Positions 57,451 to 64,000 of a stretch of DNA of 64,000 nt are shown one piece after another; within the stretch, counting starts at the first letter, position 1; every line of letters begins with the position of its first letter. Position numbers and translations under genes: made by a program. Source of the stretch: a virus (Duplodnaviria > Caudoviricetes); the IMG/VR virus record IMGVR_UViG_2728369482_000003, positions 32,001-96,000 of that record; one strand, written 5' to 3'. The notes beneath the pieces are model-generated. The model was not told where the DNA came from and searched no databases. It worked only from the letters and a program-made list of their open reading frames with translations.

Positions 57451-58146
57451 ATGTACCTCCACGATACTCCCTGTCCGGGTGATCCCTGCTGCGGGGGGAA
57501 ATCACCGGTTTTAATCGATACCACCCCGGTCTGGAAAACCGAAACCATCTGTGCGTCCTGTCAGTCGATGAGCCGGGTAGCTTCCTATGATCGGCTGACG
57601 GGGGCTCCTACGGGACTGGCTTACTACTACAACTTGGCGGGTGGTCAATTATCGGCTCCCCTGATCTGGACGCCCGGCCCCTGCCAGCATCCTACCCTGA
57701 GTCGTTCCTACAAAGGATTGACCAGTACTCCTTCCGTAACGGCCGGGGATATCCTGCGACAGATTCAGGTTCTGTGTCAGCAAACGGGTCAGGTACTCAG
57801 CGAGAGCTGGTACAACGACACCCGGTTGGGTGTTCAGATCAGTAAACCGCCGGGTTCTACCGTTCAGTATATCGTACCCGACTGCTCGGGAGCCGCTCCG
57901 ATTGTCATTACGGACGGAAGCCTGCAAGTCGATTACCTGGCCGGAACCATTGACGGAATCACGGGGAACAACCAGTCCTTTAGTACTAGTAAGGCATTCA
58001 AAGCAGATAGTCTTAAAGTCTACCTGAACGGTCAGCGGCTGTTTCCGGGTATCGACTTTTCGGAAGTGGGAACTACCGGCTTTCAGCTTATCGACGCTCC
58101 CGAACTAAACTCCGAACTGATTGCCGAGTACACCCTGCTGGTTTAA
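57451..58146 (+). CDS. Cys-rich tail-fibre adaptor protein
   Basis: ATG 57451 preferred over TTG 57427; C-terminal G..N..F...VYLNGQRL..G.DF domain. Confidence 0.6.
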   Translation: MYLHDTPCPGDPCCGGKSPVLIDTTPVWKTETICASCQSMSRVASYDRLTGAPTGLAYYYNLAGGQLSAPLIWTPGPCQHPTLSRSYKGLTSTPSVTAGDILRQIQVLCQQTGQVLSESWYNDTRLGVQISKPPGSTVQYIVPDCSGAAPIVITDGSLQVDYLAGTIDGITGNNQSFSTSKAFKADSLKVYLNGQRLFPGIDFSEVGTTGFQLIDAPELNSELIAEYTLLV

Positions 58147-58178
58147 CCAGCCTATCTTATTTAGCCTACCGTTTTTTC

Positions 58179-59369
58179 ATGCCCCGTACCTCGATTTCCC
58201 GGGCTCAACTGGGTCCACTTTTAATCAACGATTCCGATATTCTGGTCGGAGCTGGTATCCAAACGGCTAAACTGGCCGAGGGACTGAGTTTTCTCAAACG
58301 GGACGGTTCGGTTGCCCTGACGGGGAACCTGTCAGCCGGGGGGTTTACGATCACCGGTCTGGCGGATCCGACGGCCGCCCAGCAGCCCGCCACTAAAAAC
58401 TACGTGGACCTGGCCCTGCAGGTGGGTACCAACAAGGGAACCGCCCGACTGGCAGCTACCGGTAACGTATCGATCAGCAATCCGGCAACCAGCAGCTTCG
58501 ACGGAGTTACGGCCAATCCGGGGGATGTACTCCTGCTGGCTTTTCAGACCGACGCAACCCAGAACGGACTCTACGTCTTCAACGGGTCGGGAGCCCCGCT
58601 AACCCGGGCTACCAACGAGGATACCTCGGCTAAAATGCAGCCGGGAGCTTTCGTCTTTATCTCGGAAGGTACCCAGTACGACAATACCGGCTGGAGTCTG
58701 GTGACCAACGGACCGATTACGCTCGGTACGACCAGTCTGACCTTTACACAAACGTCAGGAGCCGGCCAGATTCAGGCGGGTAACGGACTGAGTAAATCGG
58801 GTAATACGCTCTCGGTCCTGACGGCCAGCTCAGCCCGGATCACGACGACCGCATCGGGAATCGATCTGGCGACTACGGCCGTCAGTCCGGGAACGTATAC
58901 CAACACCAGTCTGACGGTTGATACCTATGGCCGGCTGATGGCAGCCAGTTCGGGAACTCCTCCGGTAACCAGTGTTACCGGTACCAGTGGCCGGATCAGC
59001 TCGACGGGTGGTACGACTCCGGTACTGGATCTGGTTCAAACCGGGACGGCCGGTACCTATACCAAAGTTACCACGGATTCCTATGGTCGGGTTAGTTCCG
59101 GAGGTTTACTGACCACCGCTGACCTGCCTACAGGTACCCTGCTACTGGCTAACTACGTCGTCCGGCAAACCCTGACAGGAACTACGAACGGATCCAACAC
59201 GGCCTTTGCCCTGGGGTCGGTTCCCCAGACGGGTACGGAGATGATTTTTCTCAACGGCCAGCTCATGGCCCAGGGCAGTTCCCTGGACTACACCATCTCC
59301 GGGGCCAACGTTACCTTCACCTTCGCTCCGCTGGCTGGTGACAGTCTGGTGGCTACCTACTTCAAGTAA
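58179..59369 (+). CDS. Tail fibre protein
   Basis: ITGLADP..ATKNYVD, DGVT...GD.LL..Q.DA.QNGLY, two GTYT..T.D.YGR repeats and a C-terminal FLNGQ domain. Confidence 0.75.
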   Translation: MPRTSISRAQLGPLLINDSDILVGAGIQTAKLAEGLSFLKRDGSVALTGNLSAGGFTITGLADPTAAQQPATKNYVDLALQVGTNKGTARLAATGNVSISNPATSSFDGVTANPGDVLLLAFQTDATQNGLYVFNGSGAPLTRATNEDTSAKMQPGAFVFISEGTQYDNTGWSLVTNGPITLGTTSLTFTQTSGAGQIQAGNGLSKSGNTLSVLTASSARITTTASGIDLATTAVSPGTYTNTSLTVDTYGRLMAASSGTPPVTSVTGTSGRISSTGGTTPVLDLVQTGTAGTYTKVTTDSYGRVSSGGLLTTADLPTGTLLLANYVVRQTLTGTTNGSNTAFALGSVPQTGTEMIFLNGQLMAQGSSLDYTISGANVTFTFAPLAGDSLVATYFK

Positions 59370-59383
59370 TTCCTGCCTTTTTC

Positions 59384-61624
59384 ATGGCTAAAACCCAGTT
59401 TACCGGAACCCAGCTCGGGCCCGGAACCATTACCCGTACGCACCTGAACGTTACCCAGCCCGGATCGGCCCTACTAACCCGGCTGACAAGTAGTGCTGGG
59501 CTGAGCCAAACCTCAACGGGGATTGATTCAGGAACAGGAGACGTCAGTCTGGTACTTATCCAGCCGACGTTTGCTACCGTTACCGAGCTGACGGCCTACA
59601 CCGGAACCCAGACCCAGCTGTTACTGGCTGATGGCCGGAGTTACACCTACAATAGCAGCAGTAGCCTGACAACCGATAATTACTACGTAGTTGCCGCTAC
59701 GGGAAAAGGGTCGGGGCGGTACCTGTTAAACAATACCGGAGCTAATACAGCAACCCTGACGGTAGCCACTTGCCGGGCCATGACGGCTCCGGCCGGACTG
59801 GCTCCGTCGGTAATCAGCCTGGGAGATTCGATCATCGGGGGTTTATTCCGGTATGATTCAGCGGATACCAGCACGGCCGATGACGGAGCCATGACCCTGG
59901 TTACCAGTACGGGGCTCCGTTATAAACGAATCGTCGACGGCTTTGTCAACGTCCGCTGGTTCAATGCCAAAGGAGACGGAACGACCGATGATGCTCCGGC
60001 CATCAACGCGGCCATCAACTACGCAGTAGCCCAGATTGGTGTTTACAAACTAAAGACGGTGTTTATCCCGGAAGGGAATTACCTCTGTAACAGTTCGATC
60101 AACTGTTCCAACCGGAGTGGTCTGACGCTGACGGGGGCAACGGGTCGGACCCAGAACACGGTATTGATTGGTAACTCCGGTACCATTGCGGTTGATTTCT
60201 CCGGTTCATCGGAATCTACCCTGGCTAATTTGAGTCTTTCCATTTACAACGGGCTGAGCAATCCGGCCCTGGTCGGTCTTCAGTTTGCCCTCTCCAAGGA
60301 CTCAACCAGTCAGGCGACGGCCGGTAATCAGAAAGGAGGGTTGAACTGTTCGGTTAGTAACGTTTCTATTAAAGGCGGCGACTTCGTCAGTATCAACGGA
60401 GGTCTTGGGTTCATTGGTCTGATCAACTGCCGTTCGGAAGAGTTCTGTCTGCACAACGTTACGATTCAGGCCAACACTCCGGTTCTGTTTACGACGACCA
60501 ACACGATTCAGGCTACTACCGGCTATAACTACACCATCACCTCTCCCAACGCGGGTACGTATATCCAGGACAACAACTCCGGATCGATGGGAGTCGTCAA
60601 CTGGAGCGGTCAGAACAGTCTTTATAGCTGGGAATACCAGACGCCGACGCAGTTACTGAACGGGGTCAACAGCTACAATTTTCACGGCTACATGACCCGG
60701 CTAAACAATACTCAGAACGGCACCTACCAGGCAGCTGTCCGGGTTTGTCAGCCGACCTACGGCTTAAAGCTTCAAGGTACCGTGGAAGGCTCGAGTACCC
60801 TGCTGGCTATTCAGAACACACTGGTCAATCCGGACATCAACCTGGTATCGGCCAACGTGACATCCACCAGTTCACCCTTATTAACCATCGATAACTATGG
60901 GGGTATTCAGGGGGGCCGGATTGGAATCAGTTTCGGTAACCCCGGAACCGAGTTGGGTACAGGTCGCTGGCTGATGACGACCCCGGTTATTAATTCGGGT
61001 AATTCACCGACCAATGCGTTCCTTTCCAACGTCACGTTCGACGTTCCCCAGTGGACGGACATGGGTAAGGTAGTCATGGGAAACCTGTTGAAAAACACCC
61101 AGAACACCCGATTTAACGTGGCTACTCCGATTGAAAAAATGGGGCCGGCCATTCGTTCAACCTATAACGTAAAAAAAGGACTCGGGGTAACGCCCGGGGG
61201 TAACGGTACGGTAACCGGCGTTATTGCTCAGTTTACCAGCGCAGCCAAGACCGATACTACGACAGGAAACGGCGGTTACTACTCATTTTACGTCAACGGA
61301 ACGGTTAGCCTCGGTGACTACAACACCAATAACGGGATCGCCATGTACCGGGTTGAAGGGTATCTGTCGGTAGCCCAGAACGTAAATGGGGCCATGGTAC
61401 CGGTCAGTTCAGAAATCAGTGTTCATACGGCTAGCAGTTTAAACGGTAACTACCTGCAGATTGCCAGTGTGAGTATCTCCCTGGACATGAGTGCGACTCC
61501 CTACCCGGTATTGAAAATGAGTGTAAATACCTCGGGCAGCGGAACCGGGGAAGCTGTCAATTTTTACGGACGCGTCGAAATTATGAATGATCACCTGGTT
61601 AACCAGGCTCTTCTGTTAAGTTAG
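59384..61624 (+). CDS. Tailspike, pectin-lyase-like beta-helix depolymerase
   Basis: VNVRWFNAKGDGTTDDAPAINAAI..VFIPEGNY motif followed by an Asn/Gly-rich beta-helix. Confidence 0.8.
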   Translation: MAKTQFTGTQLGPGTITRTHLNVTQPGSALLTRLTSSAGLSQTSTGIDSGTGDVSLVLIQPTFATVTELTAYTGTQTQLLLADGRSYTYNSSSSLTTDNYYVVAATGKGSGRYLLNNTGANTATLTVATCRAMTAPAGLAPSVISLGDSIIGGLFRYDSADTSTADDGAMTLVTSTGLRYKRIVDGFVNVRWFNAKGDGTTDDAPAINAAINYAVAQIGVYKLKTVFIPEGNYLCNSSINCSNRSGLTLTGATGRTQNTVLIGNSGTIAVDFSGSSESTLANLSLSIYNGLSNPALVGLQFALSKDSTSQATAGNQKGGLNCSVSNVSIKGGDFVSINGGLGFIGLINCRSEEFCLHNVTIQANTPVLFTTTNTIQATTGYNYTITSPNAGTYIQDNNSGSMGVVNWSGQNSLYSWEYQTPTQLLNGVNSYNFHGYMTRLNNTQNGTYQAAVRVCQPTYGLKLQGTVEGSSTLLAIQNTLVNPDINLVSANVTSTSSPLLTIDNYGGIQGGRIGISFGNPGTELGTGRWLMTTPVINSGNSPTNAFLSNVTFDVPQWTDMGKVVMGNLLKNTQNTRFNVATPIEKMGPAIRSTYNVKKGLGVTPGGNGTVTGVIAQFTSAAKTDTTTGNGGYYSFYVNGTVSLGDYNTNNGIAMYRVEGYLSVAQNVNGAMVPVSSEISVHTASSLNGNYLQIASVSISLDMSATPYPVLKMSVNTSGSGTGEAVNFYGRVEIMNDHLVNQALLLS

Positions 61625-61626
61625 GT

Positions 61627-61974
61627 ATGACCTACAACATTCCTCCTTACCTCTACCGAATGGAGGGTGGTACGGTGACTATCTCCCTGCTAAGTAGCCC
61701 TTCGATCAACATTTTTGATTCGAGTCTGTTTGCCCCCGCCAGTTTCGTCAGCGGAACCAATATCCAGTCGGGCACGGGAAGTACTAGTTTTTCGATTCCG
61801 CACGGCCTGACGGGCACACCCAGTTTCTTTCAGGTGATGGCCAGTTCGGACGACGCCGATAACACCAACATTCGAAAGGTGACCGCAACGGCAACCAGTT
61901 TGATTATCAATTATAAAGTAGCACCAGCGATTGGTACTAACAACCTATCCTGGAGCTGGATGGCCCGCCTATGA
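61627..61974 (+). CDS. Small tail-associated protein (H-type-lectin-like C-terminal domain)
   Basis: IPHGL..TP...APAIGTNNLSWSWMA. Confidence 0.6.
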   Translation: MTYNIPPYLYRMEGGTVTISLLSSPSINIFDSSLFAPASFVSGTNIQSGTGSTSFSIPHGLTGTPSFFQVMASSDDADNTNIRKVTATATSLIINYKVAPAIGTNNLSWSWMARL

Positions 61975-62420
61975 TTACTGTTAACCTGGTTACCGATTTA
62001 CGTACCCGAACGGGAACCCCGGCCAGCAATATTCTGACGCTGGGCAAAACCACCGCCGGAGACGGAATGGGTGGGATCTTTTACTGGGATAGTACGGATA
62101 GTACGACCAGTGACGATGCTATGAATACCATCCAGGTAACGGGGCAATCCACCGGCCGCTGGAAACGGGTGCTGATTCCAGGATCCATCCAGAAAACCGG
62201 TTCGGTGCTGATGTCAGGGGGAGCCCTGCAGACCACATTTGGTATTACCCACAACCTGGGGGTTGTACCGTCCACTGTATTCCTCTCGGCTACCACGGCA
62301 GCCGCTTCCGGAGCCCGGTTTGTCACCAACAAAACGGCTACCCAGTTCATCGTCAACTACACGGCAGCTCCCGGAGCCGGTACCAACAACGTCGGTCTGG
62401 ACTGGTTGGTAATTGCCTAA
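61971..62420 (+). CDS. Small tail-associated protein (tailspike N-domain plus lectin-like domain)
   Basis: GDGMGGIFYWDS..DD...GRWKR plus ITHNL..P...APGAGTNN. Confidence 0.65.
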   Translation: MITVNLVTDLRTRTGTPASNILTLGKTTAGDGMGGIFYWDSTDSTTSDDAMNTIQVTGQSTGRWKRVLIPGSIQKTGSVLMSGGALQTTFGITHNLGVVPSTVFLSATTAAASGARFVTNKTATQFIVNYTAAPGAGTNNVGLDWLVIA

Positions 62421-62432
62421 CTAACGGATTAT

Positions 62433-62470
62433 AAAAAAAAGGCCAGCGAGGATTGTCCCCCGCTGGCTTT
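62433..62470. terminator. Terminator between convergent operons
   Basis: A8-GGCCAGCG...CGCTGGC-TTT. Confidence 0.75.
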
Positions 62471-62492
62471 CGGCATTCCTAGCAAACCAAAA

Positions 62493-62654
62493 CTAGATTA
62501 GAAATGGAATCCTGTACCGTTCGTACAGGTTTTTCAACTGATTCAGATATAATTGGTAGTCGGGATCCTGTTGTAGCTGGACCAGTCGTTTAGCTTCGTC
62601 GAGAATGTATTCGGTCCAGTCTCCGTCGTCAAAATCTGCTGCTTCTGTATTCAT
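62493..62654 (-). CDS. Small hypothetical protein (53 aa, not in the ORF track)
   Basis: MNTEAADFDDGDWTEYIL...RIPFLI*; ATGA overlap with the upstream gene. Confidence 0.6.
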   Translation of the reverse strand: MNTEAADFDDGDWTEYILDEAKRLVQLQQDPDYQLYLNQLKNLYERYRIPFLI

Positions 62655-62941
62655 CCGACAAGGAGTAAATGGGATAAAGAGTTGAACTGTTTTGCCTGAA
62701 GCTGTTCCCGTAAATCGGCTCGTTCGGCTTTCAGGCTGATGATCTTTGCCGTGTGAGTGTTTACCAGCGTCCGTAGTTCGGCCAGTTTCATCTCCAGTCG
62801 GTGCTGATTCTGGAGCTGTTCTTTCAGGCCGGCTACCTGATGAAGCAAATACCGGTTGTGGCGGATATAGAACAGGTTCTGGTCGGTCAGCGAGAGCTGG
62901 TTAATGCTCAGCTCCCGGTTGTTGCAGGGTTGTTCCTCCAT
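62651..62941 (-). CDS. Coiled-coil hypothetical protein
   Basis: 96 aa. Confidence 0.55.
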   Translation of the reverse strand: MEEQPCNNRELSINQLSLTDQNLFYIRHNRYLLHQVAGLKEQLQNQHRLEMKLAELRTLVNTHTAKIISLKAERADLREQLQAKQFNSLSHLLLVG

Positions 62942-62944
62942 TGA

Positions 62945-63250
62945 TCATGATTGAATAGGAAAGCTTTTCAAGGCTTCGATTTCTGATTCGTAATAACGCC
63001 CGGTCCAGGAATTGCTGTTGGTTTTCGGGTTATAGTTCCAGCTACCCAGGTGAAGATTATCGATGTATGAGAGAGGTTTACCTTCTTCCATCATCTGAAT
63101 CAGGTAGTCAATCGACCGCTGGTGTTCATAAAGAACACAGGCTATTTTAAACGAAAGAGCGTTTACCTGGGCTACCTTTTCGGGCTTCGTCGGTGGATCA
63201 TACCCTTGTCCCAGGTGGTAGTATCCGATCCAGATTTCGTAGTCATTCAT
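62945..63250 (-). CDS. Hypothetical phage protein
   Basis: 101 aa; YEIW..GY..G....A.SF..AC pattern. Confidence 0.6.
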   Translation of the reverse strand: MNDYEIWIGYYHLGQGYDPPTKPEKVAQVNALSFKIACVLYEHQRSIDYLIQMMEEGKPLSYIDNLHLGSWNYNPKTNSNSWTGRYYESEIEALKSFPIQS

Positions 63251-63262
63251 TGATGAGAACAG

Positions 63263-63415
63263 TTAATAATCGGTTTCAGCCTGATCTATTTCACACTCTT
63301 CGTATCCCTTTTTCCAGCTATTGAAGTGAAAATCTCGGATTAGTTTAAGTAACTGGTCAGGATCGGTTGTATTCAGAAAGGCCAGTAACCATTTTTGTTC
63401 TTCTTCTGCAGTCAT
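63263..63415 (-). CDS. Small hypothetical protein (50 aa, not in the ORF track)
   Basis: MTAEEEQKWLLAFL...AETDY*; fills the operon gap. Confidence 0.5.
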   Translation of the reverse strand: MTAEEEQKWLLAFLNTTDPDQLLKLIRDFHFNSWKKGYEECEIDQAETDY

Positions 63416-63623
63416 CGACTAAATGATATTTAGGTGGTTTCGGTACGAAATAATCCCGGAGAGGATTAAGGTAGAATCGGACTACGGGTTCATGTTCAGG
63501 TCCTAATCGGAACTCACAGCCATACCAGAACATTAATCCTAAGCTTAGTAGTATCCCAATAAACAAGGCTTCCTGGTAAAGACAGGCAAATCGGTAGGCT
63601 ACAGCCGTTAAAAAAGCTTTCAT
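63357..63623 (-). CDS. Small membrane protein
   Basis: 88 aa with one TM segment. Confidence 0.5.
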   Translation of the reverse strand: MKAFLTAVAYRFACLYQEALFIGILLSLGLMFWYGCEFRLGPEHEPVVRFYLNPLRDYFVPKPPKYHLVDDCRRRTKMVTGLSEYNRS

Positions 63624-63697
63624 GGGTTAAATCCAGTGTGAATAAGTATCTTTGTTATAACCGGTACAGTAAGTTCCGGGTGGATAAATTACGGGAC

Positions 63698-63732
63698 GAA
63701 GCCTGGTCGATTGAACCAGGCTTCACTTTTTT
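63698..63732 (+). terminator. Plus-strand intrinsic terminator
   Basis: GAAGCCTGG...CCAGGCTTC followed by ACTTTTTT. Confidence 0.65.
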
Positions 63733-63950
63733 CAGATACCCAACAGCGTCAGTCCCTTCTGTAGAATAGTTTGGTAATCACTCCCCTCCGGACCCGTTAC
63801 CTTGATCGTTATCCCACAGCTCTGCCCGTCGATAGTCCAGTCCAGATCGACCGACTTGAGCAATTCTACATCGGCTTGGGGTTCAACGGTTCCCATATTC
63901 ATTCCATTGGGAGTTGGACCGTTCGGAACAAACTTAACGTAGGAACCCAT
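63732..63950 (-). CDS. Hypothetical protein
   Basis: 72 aa. Confidence 0.5.
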   Translation of the reverse strand: MGSYVKFVPNGPTPNGMNMGTVEPQADVELLKSVDLDWTIDGQSCGITIKVTGPEGSDYQTILQKGLTLLGI

Positions 63951-64000
63951 ATTCGGATCAGCTGGAGCTAATTCAGTGGTTGTCGTCGGAACTGTAAACG

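Larger units (their letters stand above)
1..64000. mobile_element. crAss-like (Crassvirales-type) phage or prophage: structural and virion-RNAP region
   Basis: Gene order is MCP, conserved head genes, ring/IHF-like/muzzle genes, cargo proteins, then three giant genes including a DFDID RNAP. No cellular housekeeping genes in the window. Confidence 0.9.

Noticed and set aside
1-64000. CRISPR array, tRNA/rRNA, integrase, DGR reverse transcriptase, intron/intein
   Set aside because: No regularly spaced direct repeats, cloverleafs or diagnostic motifs were seen by eye; a dedicated scan was not possible.

Overview
This 64 kb window is the virion-structural and transcription half of a crAss-like (Crassvirales-type) phage genome or prophage. 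Its host is most likely a GC-rich Bacteroidota, probably Cytophagales (inferred from TAnnTTTG promoters and host-like modules). The + strand carries, in order: major capsid protein and conserved head/neck genes (1-6.4 kb); a block of Cys-rich fibre/decoration genes and an SGNH esterase (6.5-13.2 kb); ring, IHF-like and muzzle/tail-stabilisation genes (14.5-20.6 kb); ejection/cargo proteins, holin-like genes and a DUF5675-like lysis gene (20.6-31 kb); three giant virion proteins of 1812, about 3356 and 1512 aa; and a separate tailspike operon (57.4-62.4 kb). The middle giant protein is a DFDID-type virion RNA polymerase fused to a C-terminal SF1B (RecD/Dda-like) helicase. AT-richer, mostly minus-strand islands interrupt this layout at 36.5-41 kb, 55.7-57.3 kb and 62.5-64 kb. 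The most notable observations are: (i) a conserved promoter architecture (TCAG[G] element 31-32 nt upstream of a TAnnTT -7 box) in front of five + strand operons; (ii) the RNAP-helicase fusion with a degenerate zincin; (iii) beta-sandwich fibre modules split across stop/start junctions; (iv) short peptide motifs and terminal cysteines shared among the cargo proteins; and (v) a moron-like island with a RepL-like protein, an apparently dead RNase H and a lipoprotein/cytoplasmic paralog pair. All family assignments come from motif recognition and synteny by eye; no database search was run.
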